A stretch of 64,000 nucleotides of DNA from the NCBI GenBank assembly GCA_963832745.1, contig CAWHVC010000001.1, positions 672,001 to 736,000 of the forward strand, written 5' to 3'. The notes under the pieces were generated by a model. It did no database searches and was not told the DNA's origin. It saw only the letters and a program-made list of their open reading frames with translations. This document shows positions 40,157 to 50,768 of this stretch, piece by piece. The translations under genes were made by a program, and so were the position numbers. Position 1 is the first letter of the stretch. Every line of letters begins with the position of its first letter. This DNA is from Candidatus Bathyarchaeota archaeon. GTDB taxonomy: Archaea > Thermoproteota > Bathyarchaeia > Bathyarchaeales > Bathycorpusculaceae.

Positions 40157-41428
40157 ATGACAGCAGGAGATATAGCATGGGTAATAACATCAACCGCACT
40201 TGTAATGATAATGACGCCAGCACTAGGATTCTTTTACGGAGGCTTAGTTCGAAAGAAAAACTTGGTATCAACAATCGTCCAATGCGTCGTCATATTCGCA
40301 GTCATAAGCATAATCTGGTCACTCTATGGTTACGCACTCGTTTTCGGTGACAGCTTAGGCGGCGTAATAGGCTTCAATTTCGGCTTATTAGGGATGGCCA
40401 AACTTGGCATAGACACAGTTAATCCATTGCTTGCACCACAAATCCCTGAAATGCTCTTCTTCGCTTTTCAACTTAAATTCGCAGCCATCACACCAGCACT
40501 AATCATCGGTGCTTGCGCAGAAAGAGTCCGCTTCAAATCACTACTAATCTTCATCATAATCTGGTCCACACTAATCTACATGCCAATAGCCCATTGGGTT
40601 TGGAATCCAGACGGCTGGCTAAGAGCATTAGGCGCAATTGACTTCGCAGGGGGCATCGTCGTACACATTTCCGCTGGACTCTCAGCACTTGCAGCTGCAT
40701 TAGTAGTTGGCAGAAGAAAAGGTTGTGCTATCCCTTGGAGGAAACACATGGAAGCACTTGACCACAAAGACAGCGCCACAGAATTCAAACCCACAAACAT
40801 TCCCTACGTGCTACTGGGTGCAGCACTATTGTGGTTTGGATGGTTCGGATTTAACGCTGGAAGCGCACTCGCAGCAAACGACCTTGCAGTTGAAGCATTA
40901 GTTACCACAAACATTGGAGCAGCGGCAGCAGCAGTAAGCTGGATGATTGCTGATTGGCTTCGCAAGGGAAAACCCTCAGCAGTCGGCATCGCAGTTGGAG
41001 CAGTCGTTGGCTTAGTTGCAATCACACCAGCAGCAGGATACGTAAGCGTTTCATCAGCCCTAATCATCGGGTTAGCTGCAGGAGTAATTAGTAACTTTGT
41101 AGCAAACTGGAGAGCAGGACGTTCAAAAATTGATGACACCCTAGATGTTTTCGCTTGCCATGGTGTGGGTGGACTTTGGGGTTCAATCGCTGTTGGATTG
41201 TTCGCTTCAGCGGCTATTAACGGTGTGAACGGTTTGTTCTTTGGAAACCCAGCGCAGTTCGTCGCACAATTAATCGCCATTGCAGTTGTAGCGCCGTTCT
41301 CGTTCTTTGGTTCATACGCGTTGCTGAAATTGGTTAACGTGTTCTCGCCGTTGCGTGTAAGTGAAGAAGCTGAAGATGCAGGTTTGGACCTAAGTGAGCA
41401 CGGTGAAGAAGCCTACCAACTGGACTAG
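40157..41428 (+). CDS. amtB: Ammonium transporter (copy 2)
   Basis: MTPALGFFYGGLVRKKN, FQLKFAAITPAL, DFAGGIVVH, DDTLDVFACHG. Confidence 0.96.
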   Translation: MTAGDIAWVITSTALVMIMTPALGFFYGGLVRKKNLVSTIVQCVVIFAVISIIWSLYGYALVFGDSLGGVIGFNFGLLGMAKLGIDTVNPLLAPQIPEMLFFAFQLKFAAITPALIIGACAERVRFKSLLIFIIIWSTLIYMPIAHWVWNPDGWLRALGAIDFAGGIVVHISAGLSALAAALVVGRRKGCAIPWRKHMEALDHKDSATEFKPTNIPYVLLGAALLWFGWFGFNAGSALAANDLAVEALVTTNIGAAAAAVSWMIADWLRKGKPSAVGIAVGAVVGLVAITPAAGYVSVSSALIIGLAAGVISNFVANWRAGRSKIDDTLDVFACHGVGGLWGSIAVGLFASAAINGVNGLFFGNPAQFVAQLIAIAVVAPFSFFGSYALLKLVNVFSPLRVSEEAEDAGLDLSEHGEEAYQLD

Positions 41429-41684
41429 CGTAAACCCAACCTTTCCCTTTTTGTTTTATTTTTAAGAAATTTTTTTCTAGACAGTTTATACATTTTTGGA
41501 CGTATTTTTGGACATTCTTTCTTTAATGGCAAATTTAAGATTGATTTGTTGAACAAACGCATTTTTTAGATTAATGTGTTTTAATGATTGTTTAATTTTA
41601 CTTCAATAATTGACGCATCTGCATAGTTTAAATATTTGTTTAGCAAGAAAACTGGATAAACACTTACTTAAAAGAGGGAAAGCT

Positions 41685-42971
41685 ATGGCAATCAATCCCG
41701 CAGACGTCGCATGGGTCCTAATGTCAACAGCACTCGTTATGCTAATGACCCCCGCATTAAGCTTCTTCTATGGAGGCTTAGTCCGAAAGAAAAACTTGGT
41801 ATCAACACTTGTCCAATGCTTAATCATCTTCGCAGTAGTAAGCCTAATCTGGTTCGGCTGGGGCTACAGCCTCGTTTACGCTCCAAGCTTCCACGGCTTA
41901 ATCGGCGATTTCTCACTTGTAGGCCTTAACCATTTAGACCTAAACACTACCAGCGTTTATGCCCCCGCGATACCTGAAGCACTATTTTTCGCTTTCCAAT
42001 TAAAATTCGCCGCAATCACCCCCGCTCTTATCATCGGCGCTTGTGCAGAAAGAATCCGCTTCAAATCCCTCTTAATCTTCGTTGCCTTATGGTCAACCCT
42101 CATTTACTGCCCAATCGCCCATTGGGTATGGAACACCGATGGCTGGCTCCACATTTTAGGCGCCTACGACTTTGCAGGCGGCATAGTAGTCCATGTTGCA
42201 GCCGGCTTATCCGCACTTGCAGCGGCACTAGTAATTGGCAGACGAAAAGGCTGCATTTACTGGAAAGACCAACTAAAATCCCTAAACCATCAAAACCCAC
42301 AAGCCCCCGCAATGGGAACCGAATTTAAACCAACAAACATCCCCTACGTCATATTAGGAGCTGGGCTTCTATGGTTTGGCTGGTTTGGTTTCAACGGTGG
42401 TAGCGCGCTTGCAGCCGACAGCATCGCGGTCGCAGCTGTAGTCTCAACCAATCTGGCAGCCGCAGCAGCCGCAGTCAGTTGGATGCTTGTTGACTGGGTA
42501 ACCAAAGGCAAACCATCAGCGGTCGGCATCTCGGTTGGTGCAGTCTGTGGAATGGCAGCGGTTACGGCAGCGGCAGGTTACATCAACTTTTCAGAAGCTG
42601 TCCTCATTGGGTTAGTTGCGGGTGTAGTTTCAAACCTAATCGCGAACTGGCGTTTAGGCAGGTCAAGAATTGACGATACCCTTGACGTGTTTGCTTGCCA
42701 CGGCATCGGCGGTATCATCGGCGCAATTGCAGTCGGCTTATTCGCTAATACACTGGTGAATCCAACGGTGTCTGGTCTATTCTATGGAAACCCTATGCAG
42801 TTGGGCATTCAAGCCTTGGCAGTTGTGGTGGTAGCAGTGTTTGCTTTCGTTGGCTCCTACCTGCTCTTACGATTGGTCGATGTGTTCTCGCCTTTACGTG
42901 TTAGCCCTGAAGAAGAAGATGCAGGTTTAGACCTCAGTCAACACGGCGAAGAAGCATACCAACTCGATTAA
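41685..42971 (+). CDS. amtB: Ammonium transporter (copy 3, close paralog of copy 2)
   Basis: Same motifs as copy 2; near-identical C-terminus GLDLSQHGEEAYQLD. Confidence 0.96.
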   Translation: MAINPADVAWVLMSTALVMLMTPALSFFYGGLVRKKNLVSTLVQCLIIFAVVSLIWFGWGYSLVYAPSFHGLIGDFSLVGLNHLDLNTTSVYAPAIPEALFFAFQLKFAAITPALIIGACAERIRFKSLLIFVALWSTLIYCPIAHWVWNTDGWLHILGAYDFAGGIVVHVAAGLSALAAALVIGRRKGCIYWKDQLKSLNHQNPQAPAMGTEFKPTNIPYVILGAGLLWFGWFGFNGGSALAADSIAVAAVVSTNLAAAAAAVSWMLVDWVTKGKPSAVGISVGAVCGMAAVTAAAGYINFSEAVLIGLVAGVVSNLIANWRLGRSRIDDTLDVFACHGIGGIIGAIAVGLFANTLVNPTVSGLFYGNPMQLGIQALAVVVVAVFAFVGSYLLLRLVDVFSPLRVSPEEEDAGLDLSQHGEEAYQLD

Positions 42972-43074
42972 CCCGTCTTTTCTTTTTGACGTATTTTTTG
43001 CTTTTTTCCGTTTACGGTCGTCTTTTTCTGTAGTTTAGGCAAGCGTTATAAGATTTAAAATATGATAGTAGCCC

Positions 43075-44694
43075 ATGCGAGGGCAATTTAGGCAACGTAC
43101 GTTTCTTTGCTTGACCCTCATTGTTACGGTTTGTCTACTTTTAGGAAGTTCTCATCAGGCTAACGCCTGTTATGGCCCGCATATAATGGGGGAAATAGAC
43201 AAAACGGAAGTAGACCTAAATGATACAATAACCGTTAATGGTTGGGTTTGTCCCCCTGAATACAACAAATCTGTACGCATAGACTTCACACGACCCGACT
43301 ACACCTACATTGATATTTGGTTAACAACCGATGAAAACGGCAATTTTAGTTACACACAAAAACTTGACATGATAGGCTACTGGAACGTATTCGTTATTGA
43401 CGGGCACATGTGTGACCGGCTGCATGCAATCGTTAGTGACCCTACAGACCCTGCCGCGCCCGTTCCAACACCAATACCCTTACCGCCTTACCGACCCAAT
43501 TATTCGGTTATCGCATTAGCTTCCGTCAGTATAGCAGGCGCAGTTGCAGCATTAGCCGTGGGCAGAACCAATCGCACAAGAAAAATTAGTGGACTCCGCC
43601 TGTTTATACAAGTAACTTTCGTGTTTCTGATTTTCACAGGCATCTTTATCGACCACCAAAACCTACCAATCCCCGCAGAGCAAATCTCACCCCACGAAGT
43701 ATTAATAGCCAATCAACTATTCGGCGTTCACTTGCCCGACGGCATCCCCGTGCCCTTTTACGGCTGCTATTATCCATGCGGTAAAACTGTAACCTGTGCG
43801 CTTTGGGAGCTTCAAACAAACATTTACCCATTCTGGGACGTGGGTAAAGGTTGGGGAGTAGCCTATGATTCTACTGGGTTGGCGCGGTTGGCAGTCTTGT
43901 TTGGCATTTTAATCTTTTCCGCCGTTCTGCTTGGCAGAGCCTTCTGCGGTTGGATATGTCCCTTTGGATTATACACTGACCTCATGACCCGACTGCGGAA
44001 AGCCCTGAGAATTCGTCACCGCAAATTCAGTGACAGATTCAACACGCGTTTCCACCAGTTAAGCTACGTTATCTTAGCATTAATCATAGTTTTATGCGTC
44101 GTTTTTGGTTCCCAAGCATTAGCAGGAACCCAACTTGTCGAAGGCACCGAACAAGGCGGCTTTATCTACAACAATTTTGCTGCCCCATTCTGTCAAGTAT
44201 GCCCCATGAAACCCCTATGTCTGCTAACTCAAACCAGCCTCGGCTTAATGCGTCCCGAATGGCTCGTGGAAAGTACAACAGGCGTCTTCTATCAACTGGG
44301 TTACTACATAACCTCAACAAACGTCATAATTCTCGGCGTCGTCACGGCAGCGGCATTCTTCTTTAGGCGTTCATGGTGCCAAATTTGCCCCTTGGGCGCG
44401 TTAATTGCCCTTTTTAACAGGTTTCCGCCGTTCAAATGGATAAGCGGTGTGCGGCTTGAAAAGGCAGAGGAGAAATGCACCAAATGTGGCATCTGCAAAC
44501 GTGTCTGCCCCACCCAAGTTAAAGAAGTATATGAACAGAAAAGTGGTGACGTCGCTTCTTCCCAATGCATCTACTGCTTGCGGTGCGTGGAAATGTGTCC
44601 GTATGAGGATTGCCTTAAATTCAAGTTTGCAGGCAAAACAGTTTGCAAATCTCGCAACTGGTTAAATAGGTCTGATAGGAAAGTGATTGATTAA
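43075..44694 (+). CDS. Membrane 4Fe-4S polyferredoxin (NapH/MauN-like) with N-terminal exported domain
   Basis: GRAFCGWICPFG, FCQVCP, WCQICPLG and two CxxCxxCxxxCP clusters. Confidence 0.85.
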   Translation: MRGQFRQRTFLCLTLIVTVCLLLGSSHQANACYGPHIMGEIDKTEVDLNDTITVNGWVCPPEYNKSVRIDFTRPDYTYIDIWLTTDENGNFSYTQKLDMIGYWNVFVIDGHMCDRLHAIVSDPTDPAAPVPTPIPLPPYRPNYSVIALASVSIAGAVAALAVGRTNRTRKISGLRLFIQVTFVFLIFTGIFIDHQNLPIPAEQISPHEVLIANQLFGVHLPDGIPVPFYGCYYPCGKTVTCALWELQTNIYPFWDVGKGWGVAYDSTGLARLAVLFGILIFSAVLLGRAFCGWICPFGLYTDLMTRLRKALRIRHRKFSDRFNTRFHQLSYVILALIIVLCVVFGSQALAGTQLVEGTEQGGFIYNNFAAPFCQVCPMKPLCLLTQTSLGLMRPEWLVESTTGVFYQLGYYITSTNVIILGVVTAAAFFFRRSWCQICPLGALIALFNRFPPFKWISGVRLEKAEEKCTKCGICKRVCPTQVKEVYEQKSGDVASSQCIYCLRCVEMCPYEDCLKFKFAGKTVCKSRNWLNRSDRKVID

Positions 44695-45647
44695 TGAACA
44701 AAAAAACAATGTATAGTGCTTTGATTGTTTTCTTACTAGTAAGTATACCCTTAGCAATCTTTACTGTACCAGCCTTAGGGGATGATGATGCTGTAATTCG
44801 GTATACAATCGTGATTCAGGAAAACGGCAAAATCTACCCCGCAGACGCGCCTATACAAATCGACGGCGACACCTACGTTTTAACCCAAGACATCAACGAC
44901 CCCATCCTGATTGAGAAAAGCAACATCATCTTCAACGGCGCCGGTCACGCTCTTATTGGTCCACTTACCGAGGCGCAACATAAATATGGACAAGTAACAG
45001 GGTGGGGTCCTGACTACGAGGAAGAGGTGCCGTACATTATCGGCATAGACGTTAACGATGACGTGTCAGGTGTAGTTATCACTGATTTAACTGTTTACAA
45101 TTTCTCTATCGGCGCATACATCCGTTCAATAAATAACACCTTGCAGGACTGCAGCATTTACAACAACATTGTCGGTATACTGCTTTCAGGTTCAGGAAAC
45201 CACATAACCTACAACAACATCACCGGCAACCAGCAGGGATTATTTTTCGGGTTTGAAACCGTTAACGACATGGGAAACATTCCTTCTGACATCCTAATCA
45301 GCCATAACTGTTTTATCAGCAATAATCAACAGCTTAGCGGCTGCGTTTGCAAAGAATACAACATGACTGAGGAGCGGCATTCTTGGGATGACGGCAAAGA
45401 AGGCAACTACTGGAGCGACTATAATGGCATCGATGCAGACGGCGACGGCATAGGTGATACGCCTTATGTGGTTGACATTTTAAACCAAGACAGTTACCCC
45501 TTAATGCAGATTCCTGTTGCGCAAGCCAACGAAGAAACACCGTTTCCTTCCTACCTAAACCTGATAATTTTCATTGCAGCTTTCATAGCAATCGCAGTTG
45601 TTGCACGTCTTGCTTGGCCTCGTTTACATCGGAAAGTTAGCGCTTAG
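44694..45647 (+). CDS. NosD/CASH parallel beta-helix cell-surface protein
   Basis: Signal peptide, GNYWSDYNGIDADGDGIGDTPY motif, C-terminal TM anchor. Confidence 0.85.
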   Translation: MNKKTMYSALIVFLLVSIPLAIFTVPALGDDDAVIRYTIVIQENGKIYPADAPIQIDGDTYVLTQDINDPILIEKSNIIFNGAGHALIGPLTEAQHKYGQVTGWGPDYEEEVPYIIGIDVNDDVSGVVITDLTVYNFSIGAYIRSINNTLQDCSIYNNIVGILLSGSGNHITYNNITGNQQGLFFGFETVNDMGNIPSDILISHNCFISNNQQLSGCVCKEYNMTEERHSWDDGKEGNYWSDYNGIDADGDGIGDTPYVVDILNQDSYPLMQIPVAQANEETPFPSYLNLIIFIAAFIAIAVVARLAWPRLHRKVSA

Positions 45648-45700
45648 TCGTACGCTACTTTTTTATCATTATCTTCGTAACCTTTAACTGGCGATTTACA

Positions 45701-46276
45701 ATGAAAGTTGTTGCTTTTAACGGAAGCCCAAGAACAGATGGAAACACCTCCATCCTAATCAAACATGCCCTAAAAGCCCTACAAGAAGAAGGCATAGAAA
45801 CCGAATTCATCCAGCTCGGTGGCCAAATGATTCACGGCTGCATGGCCTGTGGAACATGCGCAAAACTGCAAAACAAAGAATGCAAAATCGTAAACGACAA
45901 CGTTAACCTTTACATTCAAAAGATGACTGAAGCAGACGGCATAATTTTGGGGTCTCCAACGTATTTTTCGATGATGACTCCTGAACTCAAAGCCCTAATT
46001 GACCGGGCAGGCTATGTCGGCATGTACAATGGTCACCTGTTTAAACGCAAAATCGGCGCCGCCGTAGTAGCCGTACGCAGAACAGGTGCCATGCCAACCT
46101 TTGATGCCATTAACCACTTCTTCCTTATCAGCGAAATGATTGTTCCCGGCTCCATCTACTGGAATGTCGGCATCGGGCGCAAAGCAGGTGAAGTAGAACA
46201 AGACGAGGAAGGTCTCAAAACAATGGACGCTTTAGGAAAAAATATGGCTTGGCTGCTAAAGAAACTAAACCCTTAA
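45701..46276 (+). CDS. Iron-sulfur flavoprotein (Isf/multimeric flavodoxin)
   Basis: NGSPRTDGNT, GCMACGTC...C, GSPTYF, LKALIDR. Confidence 0.9.
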   Translation: MKVVAFNGSPRTDGNTSILIKHALKALQEEGIETEFIQLGGQMIHGCMACGTCAKLQNKECKIVNDNVNLYIQKMTEADGIILGSPTYFSMMTPELKALIDRAGYVGMYNGHLFKRKIGAAVVAVRRTGAMPTFDAINHFFLISEMIVPGSIYWNVGIGRKAGEVEQDEEGLKTMDALGKNMAWLLKKLNP

Positions 46277-46297
46277 TCTGCTTTGGTAGGTTACTTT

Positions 46298-47422
46298 ATG
46301 CTTACTCGTAACTTAGGCAAGTCTGGAATAAAAGTCGGGGAAATCGGGTTAGGCACAGAGCACCTAAAAACTGCTAGCCCCAAAGTTGTAAAGTCTGTTG
46401 TTGATTTTGCTGTGCAGGAAGGCATTAACTATTTTGACCTCCTGTTTAACTTAACTGGTTACTTACAAAGTTTTGGTGAAGTCTTCAAGCCGCACAGAGA
46501 CCAACTTGTGCTCACAACGCATATTGGTTCATCCGAACGGGAAGGTCAATACTTTAAAACCCGCAACGTTGATGAATGCGAAAAAACCTTCAACCACACC
46601 CTAAAACAGCTTAACACGAGCTACGCAGACATCGCTAACATACACTACATAAAAGACATGAAGGAATACAACGAAATAGCCAAAACCGGCGGCGTTCTCG
46701 AGTTAGTTGAACGTTTAAAATCTCAAGGAAAAGCACGGCTAATTGGCATAAGCACTCACGACGTTCAAGTGGTTCAGGAAATTGCCCAGAATGGGCCATT
46801 TGATGTAGTGACTTTTCACATTAACTTTGCAAACAATGCCTTGCCAAACAGGAACGAAGCATTGGCAGCTTGCGCTCGTAATGGCGTGGCTGTTGTGGCG
46901 ATGAAGCCTTTTGCTGGTGGTACATTGCTTATGAAAAATGAAACTGTCCGCATCAGCGCCATTAGAAAAGGCGGAGGAAAAACCGTTAAATTCCAAATTC
47001 CGCAAGAAATGACAACCACTCGCTGCCTCGCATATGCCTTATCGCAAATTGGTGTCTCAACAGTAATCCCCGGGGTCAAAAACCTTCAGGAACTAAAAGA
47101 AATAACGGCTTACCAAACCGCAACCTCCGAGCAGAAAGATTATTCTGAAATTATCGCTGGTTTTAAAGAGTACAATACTGGGCATTGCGTTTATTGTAAT
47201 CATTGTCTTCCATGCCCCTTAAAAATTGATGTAGGACAGGTAACACGTTTGCTTGACAGCGCAGAAGGAATCCCGAACAGTAGTGTCCAAGCTGAATATG
47301 CTAAACTTGAAGTCAAAGCGTCTAAATGCTCTAAATGCGGTTCATGCATGACACGGTGTCCCTTTGGTGTTAACATCGTCGGTAATATGGAAAAAGCTAG
47401 GGTTGCTTTTGAAAAATATTAA
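46298..47422 (+). CDS. Aldo/keto reductase with C-terminal 4Fe-4S domain
   Basis: RNLGKSG..IGLG, IGISTH, AMKPFAGG, CVYCNHCLPCP, CSKCGSCMTRCP. Confidence 0.88.
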   Translation: MLTRNLGKSGIKVGEIGLGTEHLKTASPKVVKSVVDFAVQEGINYFDLLFNLTGYLQSFGEVFKPHRDQLVLTTHIGSSEREGQYFKTRNVDECEKTFNHTLKQLNTSYADIANIHYIKDMKEYNEIAKTGGVLELVERLKSQGKARLIGISTHDVQVVQEIAQNGPFDVVTFHINFANNALPNRNEALAACARNGVAVVAMKPFAGGTLLMKNETVRISAIRKGGGKTVKFQIPQEMTTTRCLAYALSQIGVSTVIPGVKNLQELKEITAYQTATSEQKDYSEIIAGFKEYNTGHCVYCNHCLPCPLKIDVGQVTRLLDSAEGIPNSSVQAEYAKLEVKASKCSKCGSCMTRCPFGVNIVGNMEKARVAFEKY

Positions 47423-47650
47423 AACATCAATTTTTTGCTTGGTCAGACTTATGGTACTTTCTTTTTCTTAATTTTTATTACCTCTGGGTTGAAGGTTTTG
47501 TTTTTCGTTGCTTTTTTGTAATAGCGTTAGGTTTGTTTGCTGCTTGCATCAGATTGCGTCACTATGAGTCGTTTGGCGTCATAAATAGTCAACAGAATTT
47601 AACTTACTTAAAAAATGAAAAGAAGAGAGCGTTTAACTCTCTGCGCCTGT

Positions 47651-49268
47651 TTATTTCATGATGGCTTTTAGATCTTCGTCTGCAGTGGCGATTGGCATGA
47701 TGTTGAATTTCTCAACCAGAACTTTGAGGATGTTTGGCGTGATAAATGCGGGTAGGCTTGGTCCGATGCGTATGTCTTTTATGCCCAAGTACAGCAGCGA
47801 TAGGAGTATGGCTACCGCTTTTTGTTCATACCATGACAACACAATCGAAAGTGGCAGGTCATTAACGCCAACATGGAATGCGTCAGCTAAAGCTTGAGCG
47901 ATTTTTACTGCAGAGTACGCGTCATTGCATTGACCGATATCGAGCAGTCGCGGAATTTCGTCGATTGTGCCAAGGTCTTTGTCGAAGAATCGGAATTTGC
48001 CGCATGCCAATGTGAGGATTACTGTGTTTTTTGGTGCCTTTTCTACGAGTTCCGTGTAGTAGCCTCTGGAGCCTTTTGCGCCGTCACATCCACCGACGAG
48101 CAGGAACTTTTTGATGTGTCCATCTTTTACGCTTTGAATCACCTTGTCAGCGACGCTTAAGACTGCATTTCTGCCGAATCCGACCATGACGGTTTTGCCT
48201 TCGGTGTCAGCTGGGAAACCAGGCATTTCAAGAGCTTTCTGAATGACTTGCGAGAAGTCACTGTTTTCGATGTGTTTGACCCCTGGCCAACCTACTGGTC
48301 CAGCGGTGAAGATATTGCTGCTGTAGCTGTCCATGGGTTTTTGGATGCAGTTTGTAGTCATCACTATTGGGCCTGGGAACTGAGCGAATTCTTTTTGTTG
48401 GTTAAACCATGCTGTGCCGTAGTGTCCGTAGAAGTGTGGGTAAGCTTTGAGTTTGGGGTAACCGTGGGTTGGAAGCATTTCGCCGTGAGTGTAAACGTAG
48501 ATTCCTTTGCCTTCTGATTGCTTGAGAATTTCTTCGAGGTCGGCAAGGTCGTGTCCTGAAACAAGAATCGCTTTGCCCTTCTTTGCGCCCAGCGGCACTT
48601 TTGTTGGGATTGGATGACCATAAGTTTCTGTGTTGCCGGCGTCAAGTAGTTCCATGGCGCGAATGTTGACTTCTCCGCACTTGAAAACTAAGCCTACAAA
48701 ATCGTTAACGCCAAGGGACTTGTCTAAGGGGGCTGCTAAGCCTTGATAAATAAAGTTGAAGACTGCTTCATCCTTCTTGCCCAAAATGTAAGCGTGATAC
48801 GCGTAAGCGGCGACTCCTTTTAATCCGTAGGTTAGAAGCCACTGTAGTGAATGCAGGTCAGGGTCAATGGTTGTGTTAGCGTTTATTCCAACTTTTTTGC
48901 CCTGAGCAATTAAGCCCTCCATTGAAGCGTTCAACTGGCTGAAATGCTGTTTCTATTTTGAGTTGCTTTTCAACTTGTCCCTGAAGTTCCTCAGACTCTC
49001 TTAGATACTTAACTATCGAGTCGGGATCAAAATTTACGTTAGTCAGCGTTACAAATAGAGCTTCGGCGATGAAAACGTCGATTTTTTCGTCTTTGAAACC
49101 AGATTCTTTTGCTTTATTCATAAGCTGGCTTAATTCGCGTAGCTTGTAAACCAAAAGGTCTTGGAGTGTGGCTACCTGCGGGTTTTTGCCGCACACACCC
49201 ATAATGGTGCAGCCTTGTCCTTTGGCTGTTTGTTCACATTGGTAACAGAACATTTGATTTTGGCTCAT
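47651..49268 (-). CDS. hcp: Hydroxylamine reductase (hybrid cluster protein); frameshift near 48935
   Basis: MFCYQCEQT..GC..GVCGK; SGHDL, YTHGEMLP, TTNC, GGCDG, DIGQCND, SWYEQKA. Confidence 0.93.
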
Positions 49269-49384
49269 TAATAATCACTGAAAATAATATAGGTGATTTT
49301 TGTAGATAGATATTTCCCCTTACTAGTATGGGATTAGGTTTTTTTGGAAAAATTAACAAGCCAGACTGCACTTCTTTTTCCAAC

Positions 49385-50083
49385 ATGAAACGATTAGGAA
49401 TAATCATTCCATCATCAAACACAACAGTCGAACCCGAATTCTCCAAAACCCTGCAAAGTTTTGATGTTACACTACATTTTGCAAGAATTCACCTAAACAA
49501 CGTTACTGTAAAAGACCTACAAGACATGGAAAAAGAAACAGAGACAGCCACCAAACTCTTGAGTGATGCCGCAGTCGACCTAATCGTGTTTGCCTGCACA
49601 TCCGGCAGTCTCATCAACGGGTTAGGTTATGACAAAGCTATTGCAGAAAAAATAGCCAAAACTGCCGGGTGTCCAGCAGTTACAACTTCGAGCGCTGTAA
49701 TTGACGCGTTAAACGCTTTGAAAGTCCAAAAGATTGCTTTAGCAACGCCCTACATTGCTGAAGTTGCCGAAAAAGAGGCAGATTTTCTTACAAAAAACGG
49801 TTTTACCATAGTAAACCACCAATCTTTGGGTATTAAAGAAAACCTGAAAATTGGCAAACTTGATCCAAACGACGCTCAAAAACTTACTCAAAAAGCCGAT
49901 TCCCCGCTTGCCCAAGCCGTCTTCATTAGCTGCACAAACTTCCAAACATTTGAGACGCTGCCATTTCTTGAAGCGCAACTTAACAAGCCTGTAGTCAGCA
50001 GCAACTCCGCTACGCTTTGGGCAGCTCTAGGAATGCTAAAAGTGACTGTGCAGGTTAATCTTGGTAGGCTGTTTAAGGTTTAG
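49385..50083 (+). CDS. Maleate cis-trans isomerase / Asp-Glu racemase family protein
   Basis: LGIIIPSSNTTVEPE, FACTSGS, FISCTN, PVVSSN. Confidence 0.88.
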   Translation: MKRLGIIIPSSNTTVEPEFSKTLQSFDVTLHFARIHLNNVTVKDLQDMEKETETATKLLSDAAVDLIVFACTSGSLINGLGYDKAIAEKIAKTAGCPAVTTSSAVIDALNALKVQKIALATPYIAEVAEKEADFLTKNGFTIVNHQSLGIKENLKIGKLDPNDAQKLTQKADSPLAQAVFISCTNFQTFETLPFLEAQLNKPVVSSNSATLWAALGMLKVTVQVNLGRLFKV

Positions 50084-50709
50084 AGTTCTTCTTTAAAGTA
50101 GTGCTCCAGAAGTCTACGGGTACCTCGGCGCATTATTTCTGAAAGCGTCGCTGGGCTAATGCCAAGTTTTTTGGCGAGTTGGGTCATGTCTACCTGTCTT
50201 GGGTAATCAAAAAAGCCGCTTTTTAGCGCAAGCCAGAAAATGCGTTCCTGATTTTCGGTTAAGATACCTATTTGCTGTTCGAATTTACCAATTTTACGCA
50301 CGTATACTTTGTGACCAGTTTTTTCCAGCTCTGCAAGGATGGCTTGGTAGGCTTCAAAAGTGGGAACCATAAAACTGTAAGTTATCATGTTGTCTTCCAA
50401 GCTTTTGCCGGAAACCAAGAAAGCGTCGTGAGCCAGAATAGCGTTACAAACTTCACAGCCTTCACTTTCCATCCAAACTGCCGACTTGTTTTCCACACGT
50501 TTATGCGTGACGAGTTCTTTAGGCACCTTTTTGGCTTGCTCCTCGCCTATGTCCATTAAATGTTTAACTGAGCCTTTGGTTGAGCTGCGTACATCTACAA
50601 CTTTTAGGTGCTTTAAACCTAAGGCGGTAAGTTTTTTGACCATTTTGCATTGTTTGTTTTCAACCTCAAGTACAACATGGTATGGTTCACGCCAAGCAGA
50701 CGACATCAA
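50080..50709 (-). CDS. HTH_10 (Bat-like) DNA-binding protein
   Basis: LTENQERIFWLALKSGFFDYPRQ...LAKKLGISPATLSEIMRR. Confidence 0.88.
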   Translation of the reverse strand: MMSSAWREPYHVVLEVENKQCKMVKKLTALGLKHLKVVDVRSSTKGSVKHLMDIGEEQAKKVPKELVTHKRVENKSAVWMESEGCEVCNAILAHDAFLVSGKSLEDNMITYSFMVPTFEAYQAILAELEKTGHKVYVRKIGKFEQQIGILTENQERIFWLALKSGFFDYPRQVDMTQLAKKLGISPATLSEIMRRGTRRLLEHYFKEEL

Positions 50710-50768
50710 ATCAACCCTTACAATTTAGGGTTACATAGATAGCCATAGTTAAAATTGTTTATAAAAAA

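Noticed and set aside
40576-42529. Antisense and alternate-frame ORFs over amt genes (and similar short ORFs throughout the track)
   Set aside because: Shadow ORFs overlapping well-supported genes, with no motifs of their own
44694-45647. Evidence for nitrous oxide reduction
   Set aside because: NosD/CASH domains are common archaeal surface modules, and no nosZ/F/Y is present in the window
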